This document shows, piece by piece, positions 45,693-54,695 of a DNA stretch of 64,000 nt (position 1 is the stretch's first letter; each line of letters begins with the position of its first letter). Source of the stretch: Stellaceae bacterium (lineage in GTDB: Bacteria; Pseudomonadota; Alphaproteobacteria; ATCC43930; CGMCC-115725); NCBI GenBank assembly GCA_035541215.1, contig DATKNV010000013.1, positions 8,315 to 72,314 of the forward strand, in the 5' to 3' direction. A program made the position numbers and the translations under genes. A model generated the notes under the pieces. It was not told the DNA's origin, did not search any database, and was given only the letters and a program-made list of their open reading frames with translations.

Positions 45693-45739
45693 GCCGCCGC
45701 CGCCCGCGCGCTTGCCCGAGCGCAGCGGGCGGCGGCGGC
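45693..45739 (+). terminator. strong GC stem-loop (15-bp perfect arms) between the third small gene and the ABC transporter; attenuator/terminator candidate
   Basis: GCCGCCGCCGCCCGC (45693..45707) pairs with GCGGGCGGCGGCGGC (45725..45739) across a 17-nt loop, followed by GCATTT. There is no long U-tract. Confidence 0.45.
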
Positions 45740-45764
45740 GCATTTCGCGCCGAGAACCTTGCGA

Positions 45765-47720
45765 ATGACCGCCGCCTCCGCTCCTCAGGAGTTCTCGCTG
45801 CGCCAGCTCCTGCGCTGGACGTGGCAGGTCATACGCCCCGCACCCTGGCTGATCGCCGCAGCGGCGGGAGCCGATCTCGTGGTGACGCTCGGCAACCAGG
45901 CCCAGGCGCAGCTCTTCGCGCGGGTCCTCGACCAGATCCGCGCGCTCGCGGGGCCTTCCGCCGCCGGCGCGCACCCGTCATTCGGGCTCGCCTATCTGCT
46001 AGTCGTCACGGTCGTGCTCCTGCCGCTATTCGCCTTCGCGGCACGGACGATCTCGGCTTTCGCCGACAGCCGCATGCTGGAGCAGCTGCAGCTCTCGCTG
46101 CACGACAAGCTGCTGCGCCTCGGCGTCGAATGGCACGACCGGCACGACACCGCGACGAGCGTCCAGCTCGTCGATCGCATCGCCCGCGGCGCCCAGCCCG
46201 CGCTCTCGATGGCCGCGAAATATCCGCTGGTCCAGGCGATCGGACTCTGCACCGGCTCGGGCCTCCTGTCGCTCAACCTCGGGCAGTCGCTCAAAACGCC
46301 CTGGGAAATTCAGGCGATCGGCTTCGCGCTGCTGCTGGGACTGCCCTTCGTGGCTTGGCGGCTCTCGAACCGCGTGCGCGCGAGCAATGCCGCGGTCCAG
46401 GCCGCGGAGACCAGCGTTTCCGCGGAGGTGCTGAACTCGCTCAGCCTCCCCGGCGACATCCAGACCATCGGCGCCGCGCCGCAGCGCTCGCTCCGCATGG
46501 CGGAGCGCCTGCGCGCCGCCGCAAAGGCGCGCTTCATGATGGCGGTGAACATAGAATTGCCGAACCAGCTCTCCCAAGCGCTGCCGACGCTGCTGCAGGC
46601 CCTCTTCCTGGTCTATGCGGTGCTCGCGGTCGCGACCGCCTCGACGATCGACCCCAATGCCATCGGCGCCATCGTCGCGATCTACCTCCTCGTGCCGATG
46701 GTCGTGAATCCCCTGATTTCGCTCATCAACTTCTTCACCGGCCTCAATGCGCAGTGGCCGATGTTCCAGATGTTCGGGGAGGTGCTGGATGCCGAGCCGC
46801 GGACGATGGACCGGCCCGATGCGAGCGACTGGCCCGCGAACGGATCGCAGGTGTCGCTCGTCGGCGTGCGCTTCTCCTACGCGCCCGGTGCCGCGAAGAT
46901 TCTCGACGGCGTCGATTACCGCTTCGAGCCCGGCAAGCTCACGGCGATCGTGGGCCGCTCCGGCTCCGGCAAGAGCACCATTATCCGGCTGCTCACGCGG
47001 CTCAGGGAGCCCACCGCGGGCGAGATCCGCATGGGCGACGTTCCCCTCGGCCGCATCAAGCTCGACGCGCTCCGGCGCAACGTCGCGATCGTCGGGCAGA
47101 AGGCGCTCTTCATCAGCGACACCGTCCGCGCGAACTTCAAGCTCGCCGATCCCGGCGCGAGCGACGCCGACATCGAGGCGATGTGCAAGAAGACGAAATT
47201 CTGGAACATCCTCCTCGATAAGCAGCCGAGCGCGCCGCTCGATCTCACGATGTCGCGCGACGGCGAGCCCTTCTCTGGCGGCCAGTGCCGCATCTTCGCG
47301 GTGACGCGCGCCCTGCTGCGCCGGCCCGCGGTCATGCTCCTCGACGAGCCCACGACCGGCGTCAATCCGCTGCAGCTCGAGGAGCTCGCGGCGCAGATCC
47401 GCGAGGCCTGCAGCGGCATCACCACCATCGCCGTCGAGCACGACTGCGATTTCATCCTGGGTCTCGCCGACCAGGTCTGCGCGCTCGACGCCGGGCGCTT
47501 CGCGCAGGTGGGCGAGCCCAGCCGGCTCGCGGCGGAGCCCGGCGTCTTCCACGACATGCTGGAGGCGCGGCGGCGCCTCGCCGCGAGCGGCGTCCAGATG
47601 AAGACCGAGGCCTTCCCCGCGCCCACCATCGGCGGGAAGGCGATACCGGCGCCGATGGCCGCGCAGGCGGGGGCGCTCAAGATCGCGGCGGGATCACCCA
47701 TGAAGAGTATGCCCACATGA
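45765..47720 (+). CDS. ABC transporter, fused permease/ATPase (no C39 peptidase domain seen)
   Basis: Walker A GRSGSGKST, signature FSGGQCR, Walker B MLLDEPT, and a hydrophobic N-terminal half. Start ATG 45765 or TTG 45759. Confidence 0.85.
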   Translation: MTAASAPQEFSLRQLLRWTWQVIRPAPWLIAAAAGADLVVTLGNQAQAQLFARVLDQIRALAGPSAAGAHPSFGLAYLLVVTVVLLPLFAFAARTISAFADSRMLEQLQLSLHDKLLRLGVEWHDRHDTATSVQLVDRIARGAQPALSMAAKYPLVQAIGLCTGSGLLSLNLGQSLKTPWEIQAIGFALLLGLPFVAWRLSNRVRASNAAVQAAETSVSAEVLNSLSLPGDIQTIGAAPQRSLRMAERLRAAAKARFMMAVNIELPNQLSQALPTLLQALFLVYAVLAVATASTIDPNAIGAIVAIYLLVPMVVNPLISLINFFTGLNAQWPMFQMFGEVLDAEPRTMDRPDASDWPANGSQVSLVGVRFSYAPGAAKILDGVDYRFEPGKLTAIVGRSGSGKSTIIRLLTRLREPTAGEIRMGDVPLGRIKLDALRRNVAIVGQKALFISDTVRANFKLADPGASDADIEAMCKKTKFWNILLDKQPSAPLDLTMSRDGEPFSGGQCRIFAVTRALLRRPAVMLLDEPTTGVNPLQLEELAAQIREACSGITTIAVEHDCDFILGLADQVCALDAGRFAQVGEPSRLAAEPGVFHDMLEARRRLAASGVQMKTEAFPAPTIGGKAIPAPMAAQAGALKIAAGSPMKSMPT

Positions 47721-48382
47721 CCGCAGACACCTCCTCCCCTCTCGCCTATTTCGGCGTCGCGCCGGAATCGAAGGAGGCGCAGCTCCTGCGCTTCCTGCTG
47801 CAAACCGCCGTCGACGCGATCGGCGGCGACGAGGGCTCGCTCCTCGTCTACGACCCGAAGGCGAACGATCTCGCCTGGGCCATGACGGTCGGCAACGCGG
47901 AGTCCGAGCGGAAGCTCCTGGGAGCCCGGCTTCCCATGGGCAAGGGCCTCACGGGGCTCGCCGCCGCCACGCACGAGGTGCAAGTGGGAGCGCCCATCTA
48001 TCACGACGTCGAGCAGACCAAGCGTAAGAGCTCCGATCCCGAGGCCGTCGTCGCGGCGCCGATGCTCACGGACGAGAAGCTCATCGGCGTCATCACCACC
48101 GTGAGCTTCGAGAAGGGCCGGCGCTTTGGCGCCAAGGAAGCGAACATCTGCGGCCGCTTCGCGAAGCTCGCGGCGGTCATCGTGGAGCAGCATCAGAAGA
48201 TCTCCGCCCTCGATAGCCGCGCCATGCTGCCGATCAGCGGCAAGGACCCCGAGACCAACGCGCGGCTCCAGGAGATCGACACCTCGCTCAAGAACATCGT
48301 CGAGCATCATCCGGAGACGCTGAAGCAGGTCTCCGCGATCATCGCGAGCCTCGAGCTCGCGCTCGGCCGCCCGCGGCGCTAG
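47717..48382 (+). CDS. stand-alone GAF-domain protein
   Basis: GSLLVYDP...GKGLTGLAAATHEVQVG...AAPML.DEKLIGVITTVSF is a GAF-like pattern. The ATG overlaps the transporter stop (ATGA). Confidence 0.8.
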   Translation: MTADTSSPLAYFGVAPESKEAQLLRFLLQTAVDAIGGDEGSLLVYDPKANDLAWAMTVGNAESERKLLGARLPMGKGLTGLAAATHEVQVGAPIYHDVEQTKRKSSDPEAVVAAPMLTDEKLIGVITTVSFEKGRRFGAKEANICGRFAKLAAVIVEQHQKISALDSRAMLPISGKDPETNARLQEIDTSLKNIVEHHPETLKQVSAIIASLELALGRPRR

Positions 48383-48387
48383 CCGCC

Positions 48388-49197
48388 ATGGCGAAGAGCC
48401 CCCTGCTGGAGGCGCTGTCGACGCCGCTCGACGACTGGTGGAAGCGCGATCTCGCGCCCGTCGAGGTCGCCGTCCTCGACAGCGGGATCGACGCCACGCA
48501 CAAGGACCTGCAAGGGCGCGTCGCCGCGTCCTTCGCCGTCGAGCCCGGCGAGGGCGGGCCGCAGCTCCGCGAGATTCCCCTCGGCACCAACAACGACGTC
48601 TACGGCCACGGCACCGCGGTCGGCGGGATCGTCGCGCGGCTCGCGCCGAACGCGCGGCTCATCGACCTGCGCATTCTCGGCACCGACAACGGCGGCAGCT
48701 CCGAGTGCCTCGTGCGCGGCCTCAAGGAGGCGGTGCAGCGGAAATGGCCGGTGCTCAACCTGAGCCTCGCGCTCAAGCGCCAATACGCCGACCTCGTGCG
48801 GCCGCTCTGCGAGGTCGCCTGGCATCAGGGCCAGACCATCGTGAGCGCCATGCGCAACTACCCCGTGAGCGACTACGGTCTTCCTGCGGAGTTCGCGACC
48901 TCGATCAGCGTCGAGACCGACACGTTTCCCGACACGCATCACATCCGCTTCCAGCCCGGCGAGATCATCGAGTTCGTGGCGCTCGGCGACAACGTGACGG
49001 TGCCGGCGCCCGGCGGCGGCTACACCCAGCGCGAGGGAACCAGCATGGCGACCCCGGTGATCTCCGGGCTTTGCGCCGTGCTGCTCGGCGCCTTCCCGGG
49101 ACTCCTCCCCTTCGAGGTCCGCACCGTCCTCAAGCACCACGCGGAGATCGCGAAGCCCGCGCCGGCGCGCGAGGTTGACAGCGCCGCTCCGGCCTGA
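48388..49197 (+). CDS. S8 subtilisin-like serine peptidase, short form without signal peptide or prodomain
   Basis: Catalytic motifs VLDSGID (Asp), GHGTAVGG (His) and GTSMATP (Ser). The N-terminus is not hydrophobic. Confidence 0.85.
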   Translation: MAKSPLLEALSTPLDDWWKRDLAPVEVAVLDSGIDATHKDLQGRVAASFAVEPGEGGPQLREIPLGTNNDVYGHGTAVGGIVARLAPNARLIDLRILGTDNGGSSECLVRGLKEAVQRKWPVLNLSLALKRQYADLVRPLCEVAWHQGQTIVSAMRNYPVSDYGLPAEFATSISVETDTFPDTHHIRFQPGEIIEFVALGDNVTVPAPGGGYTQREGTSMATPVISGLCAVLLGAFPGLLPFEVRTVLKHHAEIAKPAPAREVDSAAPA

Positions 49198-49238
49198 GCC
49201 AAATCGGGGCTCGGGATTTATTGCACGAGGAGAATGCG

Positions 49239-50033
49239 ATGCGCGCGAACCGGGTGCGGGAAATCTGGCGCGAGGGCGGCTCGGTCATCAACGGCTGGTG
49301 CGGCATCCCCAGCGGCTTCGCCGCGGAGGTGATGGCGCATATGGGCTGGGATTCCCTCGTCGTCGACACGCAGCACGGCGTCGTCGATTACCAGACCATG
49401 GTCGCGATGCTGCAGGGCATCTCCACGACGTCGGTCGTGCCGATGGTGCGCGTCCCCTGGAACGATCCCGCCGCCGTCATGAAGGCGCTCGATGCCGGCG
49501 CCTACGGCATCATCTGCCCCATGATCAACAGTCGCGCGGAGTGCGAGGCCTTCGTCCAAGCCTGCCGCTACCCGCCGCGGGGCTATCGCAGCTCGGGCCC
49601 CATCCGCGCCTCGCTCTATGGCGGCGCCGACTATCACGAGAAGGCGAACGACACGATCCTCGCGATGGCCATGATCGAGACCGCGGAGGCGGTGGAGCAT
49701 CTCGACGAGATCCTCTCGACGCCCGGCCTCGACGGCATTTACGTGGGCCCCTCCGATCTCTCGCTCTCCTACGGGCTCCCGCCCGGCCTCGACAAGAGCG
49801 ACGAGCGCATGCTGGGCGCGCTCGCGAAGATCGTCGAGGGCTGCAAGCGCCACAAGGTCGTGCCGGGCATCCACACCGGCAGCAGCGCCTACGCCAAGAA
49901 GGCAATCGCCATGGGCTTCCGCTTCGTGACGCTCCTGGGCGATGCACGGCTCCTCACCATGGCGGGCCAGCAGGTCGTGCGCGAGATGCGCGAGGGCGCG
50001 CCCGCCCCCGCGAAGCCCTCGGGGCCTTACTGA
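49239..50033 (+). CDS. HpcH/HpaI-family aldolase
   Basis: Family-typical sequence (GW..IPS...AE..A..G.D...VD.QHG ... RVP ... GA.GII.P ... YPP.G.R). ATG at 49239 after GAGGAG. Confidence 0.85.
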   Translation: MRANRVREIWREGGSVINGWCGIPSGFAAEVMAHMGWDSLVVDTQHGVVDYQTMVAMLQGISTTSVVPMVRVPWNDPAAVMKALDAGAYGIICPMINSRAECEAFVQACRYPPRGYRSSGPIRASLYGGADYHEKANDTILAMAMIETAEAVEHLDEILSTPGLDGIYVGPSDLSLSYGLPPGLDKSDERMLGALAKIVEGCKRHKVVPGIHTGSSAYAKKAIAMGFRFVTLLGDARLLTMAGQQVVREMREGAPAPAKPSGPY

Positions 50034-50040
50034 GAGAGGC

Positions 50041-51021
50041 TCAGCCCAGCACTTCCTTATTGATGACGTTCTCGCGGATGGGCTTGCCGTCGAGCATGCT
50101 CAGGATGTTGCGGACGGTCGTGATCGCCATGCGGTCGCGGGATTCAACCGTGACGCCCGCGACGTGCGGCGACACCACGACGTTCGGGAGCTTGAGGAGC
50201 GGGTGATCGACGGCGGCGGGCTCGCGCGCGAAGACGTCGATCCCCGCGCCCGCGATCTGCCCCGCCTTGAGCGCCGCCTCGAGCGCCGCCTCGTCGACGA
50301 TGCCGCCGCGGGCGGTATTGACGAGATAGGCCGTGGGCTTCATGCGCGAGAGGCGCGCGGCGTCGATGATGCCGGTCGTCTCCTTCGTCTTCGGGCAATG
50401 GAGCGTGACGAAATCCGCCCGCGCGAGCGCCGCGTCGAGATCGCTCACGGGCTCGCAGCCGGCGGCGCGGATCGCATCGGCGGAGACGTAGGGGTCGTAG
50501 ATGAGGACGTTCATCTCCATGCCGAGGCAGCGCTTCGCGGTGCGCGTGCCGATGCGGCCGAAGCCCACGACGAGCACGGTCTTCTGCCAGAGGTCGACGG
50601 GCACGTTCTTGAACTTGTCCCACCAGCGGCCCTCGCGGACCAGCGCATCCATGGTGGCGGCGCGCTTCGCCAGCGCCAGCATCAGGAACATCGCCTTCTC
50701 CGCGACCGAGACGGAGTTGGCGGTGCCGGAGACGAAGAGGGGCACTCGTCTCCTCGTGAGTGCCGGCACCTCGACGGCGTCGTAGCCGACGCCGATGCGC
50801 GCGACCACCTCGAGCTTCGGCGCCGCATCGAGCTCGGCGGCGGTGAAGGGCGTGGCGCTCAGCGCGATCCCCACGGCGTCTCCCAGAATGGCCCGCAGCT
50901 CCTCCGGCTTGATCGTGTTCGAGAACGCGACTGCCTCGATGTCGTCGCGGCCCTGGAGCTGGTCCCACCCCGCGCGCGCGAGGTTTTCCGGCAACAGAAT
51001 CTTCTTCCGGTTCGTGGTCAT
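50041..51021 (-). CDS. D-isomer-specific 2-hydroxyacid dehydrogenase family protein
   Basis: NAD motif VLVVGFGRIGTR and catalytic-region pattern (NTARGGIVDE ... SPHVAG). Confidence 0.85.
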   Translation of the reverse strand: MTTNRKKILLPENLARAGWDQLQGRDDIEAVAFSNTIKPEELRAILGDAVGIALSATPFTAAELDAAPKLEVVARIGVGYDAVEVPALTRRRVPLFVSGTANSVSVAEKAMFLMLALAKRAATMDALVREGRWWDKFKNVPVDLWQKTVLVVGFGRIGTRTAKRCLGMEMNVLIYDPYVSADAIRAAGCEPVSDLDAALARADFVTLHCPKTKETTGIIDAARLSRMKPTAYLVNTARGGIVDEAALEAALKAGQIAGAGIDVFAREPAAVDHPLLKLPNVVVSPHVAGVTVESRDRMAITTVRNILSMLDGKPIRENVINKEVLG

Positions 51022-51142
51022 CCCCTGAGATCTCCGATGGTTCGTCGGCACGATGCTAGCGCATCCCCGCCGGCCCTGGACAGCCGTCTCTCCTTATAAT
51101 ACCTATCCGCGGCCGTTATTTCCCTTCCAGGCGCAGTGCCGG

Positions 51143-52954
51143 ATGTCCCCCACTCCCCTTGCGACCGAGCTGGGCGCCCCAGAGGCGCGGAGGCTGTTCC
51201 GCCGCCGCGCGGCCTATGCCGCGCTCACGCTCTCGACCTCGGCCGGGCTGCTGGTGACGATGGCGCTGGCGCTCGGGAGACCCTTCGGGATCCTCGACGG
51301 CGTCATGCTCGCGTGCTTCGCGGTGACGGTGCCCTGGACCGTGATCGGATTCTGGAACGCCTTCATCGGCCTCACGCTGATGACCTTCTCGCGCGACCCC
51401 GTGGCGGCGGTGGCGCCCTTCGCCAGAAGCGGCGATCCCGAGGGCCCTATCGCCTCGCGCGTCGCGCTCCTGGCCTGCATCCGGAACGAGGATCCCACCC
51501 CGCTCGCGCGCCGCCTCGCCGCCATGCTCGACGATCTCATCGCGAGCGGCGCCGCGGACCGCTTCCATCTTTACATCCTCAGCGACAGCAGCTTTCCCGA
51601 GGTCGTGCGCGAGGAGGCGGAGATGGCGGAGCGGCTAGGGCGCGAGTACGGCAGCCGCCTTCCCGTGACCTACCGGCGGCGCGAGAAGAACGCCGGGTAC
51701 AAGGCCGGCAACGTCCGCGACTTCTGCGAGCGCTGGGGCCGCGAGCACGATTTGGCGCTCATCGTCGACGCCGACAGCCTGATGTCCGCGCGCGCGATGC
51801 TGCGCGTCCTCCGCATCATGGAGCGCAATCCCGGGATCGGCATCCTGCAGACGCTCGTGACGGGCATGCCCACCGGGAGCGCCTTCGCGCGCATCTTCCA
51901 GTTCGGCATGCGCCTGGGGATGCGCTCCTACACGCTCGGCAGCGCCTGGTGGCAGGGCGACTGCGGTCCCTATTGGGGCCACAATGCCGTGCTTCGCCTC
52001 GCTCCCTTCATCGAGCATTGCCACCTGCCGCTGCTGCCGGGGAAGCCCCCGCTCGGCGGGCACATCCTCAGCCACGACCAGGTGGAGGCCGTGCTGATGC
52101 GCCGCGCAGGCTACGAGGTGCGCGTGCTGCCGGAGGAAGGCGACAGCTTCGAGCAGAACCCGCCGACGCTCCTCGAGTTCATCCGCAGGGATCTCCGCTG
52201 GTGCCAGGGCAACATGCAGTATTGGCGGCTCCTTGCATTGCCGGGATTGCGGCCGATGAGCCGTATCCAGCTCGCGCTTGCCATACAAATGTACCTGGGA
52301 TCGCCGGCCTGGATGGGATTCCTTCTCCTGGGTGTCGCCCGCGCGACGCTGCCATTCCTGCCGCCGATGCATTTCGATCCCGAGATCGGTCCCGCCATGT
52401 TCCTGGTCGTGCTGTTCATGACCTTTGCGCCGAAGATCGCGACCGCGGTCGACGTCTTCCTGCGCTCGGGGCTCCGCCGCGGCTTCGGCGGGGGGCTGCG
52501 GTTTGCCGCGAATCTCCTCTCCGAGATTGTTTTCTCGGCGCTGCTCGCGCCGGTCGTGGCGCTCGCCAACACCATCTTCATGACGGGACTGCTTTTCGGC
52601 CGCACCATCGGCTGGACCGCGCAGCGCCGCGACGATCACGCCGTGAGCCTCGTCGACGCGGCCCGCCGCCTCTGGCCGCAGACCGCGCTCGGCATCCTGC
52701 TGGGCGTCATCGCCTGGCGCGGCGGCTATTTCCTGATCTCGCTTCCGATGACGCTGGGCTTCGCGATCGCAATTCCCTTTGCGATGGCGACCTCGCTCCC
52801 GGGCCTCGGCCGCGCCTTCATTCTTCTGGGCCTCGGCCGCATCCCCGAGGAGACGCATGCGCCCGCGATCCTGCACGCACTCGAGCTCCCCGCGCTCGCG
52901 GGACGGCTGCGTCCGGCCGGGACGCGCGATCCCGCGCTCGACGCCGCGGACTGA
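51143..52954 (+). CDS. opgH: glucans biosynthesis glucosyltransferase H
   Basis: YRRREKNAGYKAGNVRDFCERWG, DADSLM, WQGDCGPYWGHNAVLR and RDLRWCQGNMQY are OpgH/MdoH hallmarks, with flanking TM helices. Confidence 0.9.
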   Translation: MSPTPLATELGAPEARRLFRRRAAYAALTLSTSAGLLVTMALALGRPFGILDGVMLACFAVTVPWTVIGFWNAFIGLTLMTFSRDPVAAVAPFARSGDPEGPIASRVALLACIRNEDPTPLARRLAAMLDDLIASGAADRFHLYILSDSSFPEVVREEAEMAERLGREYGSRLPVTYRRREKNAGYKAGNVRDFCERWGREHDLALIVDADSLMSARAMLRVLRIMERNPGIGILQTLVTGMPTGSAFARIFQFGMRLGMRSYTLGSAWWQGDCGPYWGHNAVLRLAPFIEHCHLPLLPGKPPLGGHILSHDQVEAVLMRRAGYEVRVLPEEGDSFEQNPPTLLEFIRRDLRWCQGNMQYWRLLALPGLRPMSRIQLALAIQMYLGSPAWMGFLLLGVARATLPFLPPMHFDPEIGPAMFLVVLFMTFAPKIATAVDVFLRSGLRRGFGGGLRFAANLLSEIVFSALLAPVVALANTIFMTGLLFGRTIGWTAQRRDDHAVSLVDAARRLWPQTALGILLGVIAWRGGYFLISLPMTLGFAIAIPFAMATSLPGLGRAFILLGLGRIPEETHAPAILHALELPALAGRLRPAGTRDPALDAAD

Positions 52955-52955
52955 C

Positions 52956-53903
52956 ATGCGACGACACCTGATGCTTCTGGCAGCGGCGGTGGGGCTTTCC
53001 ATCGCCACGCTGACCCACGCCGCGCAGGCCGGCGAGAACGTCCAGGTCGAGAACGTCCCACGCAGCACCCGATGCGCGGAGGAAGACAACGTCTACGTCA
53101 GGATCTCGGGCCGCGGCATCGTGCATTTCGCGATCGAGGCCCTGCCGCCCGCCTATCTCGCGACGCTCCGGAAGGACAACACCGCGCCCAATTTCGCGAA
53201 TTGCGACATGTCGCACGACGTGACCTACCCGTTCAAGCGCCGCGATCTCCTGCTCTACGAGGACCGGAACTACCGGCTCATGGGCCACACCTACGACCGC
53301 TTCTGGCGGCCCGAGCGCGTGCCCTTCCGCGTGGGCAAGAAGGTCGTGAGCGGCCTCCACCTCGTGCAGCTCCTGCGCAAGACCAACGGGCATTGGATCG
53401 AGGTGCTCGTCCTCTATCCCTCCGACGGCTATTGGCGGGCAAAGCCGCTGCCGCCCCCGCAATTCGCGGATACCGCCTATGGCAGCTCCTTCCTGGTCGG
53501 CCCCATCGAGGAGGACGGCCGTCCCTTCGTGCCGATCAACTCCATCGAATTCGTTCCGGGCAGGCTGGAGTTCCACCTCGTCTTCAAATCCGGAGCAGCG
53601 ACGCTTCGGCTCGCCGAGGCTTCGCCGGCGCGCACGCGGCTCGAGGTCTCCTTCTCGCCCGCGGCCGGCAATGCCCCCTTCGCGGCGCTGCGCTCGATGT
53701 TCGTCTCGCCGCTCGAGGCGGACACGGCGGAGGCGGTGATCGCCTCGCCGGGCTTCACGCCCGTGACGATACCCGTGCCGAATCTCGCCTTGGCGGAGAC
53801 CGGCGACATCACCTTCGCGCGCTCCGTCCCCTCGCAGCACAACACCAGCGCGCCCGACATGCGCTTCGCCGATTTCGTGCGCGCGCCGGGATCTTCCGAT
53901 TGA
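52956..53903 (+). CDS. secreted hypothetical protein downstream of opgH
   Basis: Signal peptide MRRHLMLLAAAVGLSIATLTHAAQA. The start lies 1 nt after the opgH stop. No family recognised. Confidence 0.65.
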   Translation: MRRHLMLLAAAVGLSIATLTHAAQAGENVQVENVPRSTRCAEEDNVYVRISGRGIVHFAIEALPPAYLATLRKDNTAPNFANCDMSHDVTYPFKRRDLLLYEDRNYRLMGHTYDRFWRPERVPFRVGKKVVSGLHLVQLLRKTNGHWIEVLVLYPSDGYWRAKPLPPPQFADTAYGSSFLVGPIEEDGRPFVPINSIEFVPGRLEFHLVFKSGAATLRLAEASPARTRLEVSFSPAAGNAPFAALRSMFVSPLEADTAEAVIASPGFTPVTIPVPNLALAETGDITFARSVPSQHNTSAPDMRFADFVRAPGSSD

Positions 53904-53968
53904 TTTGTGCGGGAAGCGCGCGATACTTCTCCGGTGGGACAGTAGCGGGTGTCGTAGTGGCGGTTCGG

Positions 53969-54631
53969 ATGGGCGAGCCGGGAATGCCCGGCTTTTACAG
54001 CGACAGCGAGTTAAAGAGCGATCGGGTGGTGCACGCGATCGGCACCTCCGCAGCGCCCATCGCCGTCGCGGTGCTCCTGGGCATCGCGATCCACCGCGGC
54101 GACGAGGCGCTGCTCCCCGCGATCCTCGTTTACTCCGCCGGGCTTCTGACCATGCTCGGCTTTTCCGCCGCCTACAATCTCGCGCGCCATCCGGACCGCC
54201 GTGAGCTCCTGCGGCGCTTCGATCACGCCGCGATCTTCCTCATGATCGCTGGCACCTATACGCCCTTCATCGCGAACGTCGCCGACCCCGCCTGGCGCTG
54301 GGGCTTGATGGCCGCCGTCTGGCTCATCGCGTCCACGGGGATCGCGGCCAAGCTCGCCCTGCCCCGCCGGCTCGACGGGTTCTCCGTGCTCGTCTACCTC
54401 GGTCTCGGCTGGATCGCGGTAATGGCGCCGGGGCCCTTGCTCGGCGACCTCGCGACGCCCGTCATTGTCCTGCTGGCGGTCGGCGGGGCGCTCTACACGC
54501 TCGGCGTCGCCTTCCATCTCTGGAACGGCCTCCGCTTCCACAACACGATCTGGCACGCCGCGGTCGTGGCCGCAGCAGGCCTCCACTATTCCGCGATCCT
54601 CCTAGGCGTGGTCCTGGTTCCGGGCGGCTAA
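53969..54631 (+). CDS. hemolysin III / PAQR-family membrane protein
   Basis: Seven-TM pattern with SA.YN, FDHAAIFLMIAGTYTPF and HL..A.G...H motifs. The start may instead be at 53984. Confidence 0.85.
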   Translation: MGEPGMPGFYSDSELKSDRVVHAIGTSAAPIAVAVLLGIAIHRGDEALLPAILVYSAGLLTMLGFSAAYNLARHPDRRELLRRFDHAAIFLMIAGTYTPFIANVADPAWRWGLMAAVWLIASTGIAAKLALPRRLDGFSVLVYLGLGWIAVMAPGPLLGDLATPVIVLLAVGGALYTLGVAFHLWNGLRFHNTIWHAAVVAAAGLHYSAILLGVVLVPGG

Positions 54632-54695
54632 TCCCCCGGAAGGGCTTGCCGCCGCGCGTCGGCCCTCGGCAGAATGGCCGCAGGAGGCCCCGCCC

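Noticed and set aside
49196-49212. GAGCC-N7-GGCTC hairpin after the S8 gene as a terminator
   Set aside because: The 5-bp stem is too weak, and the next gene's RBS follows immediately. I cannot tell whether the operon ends here.
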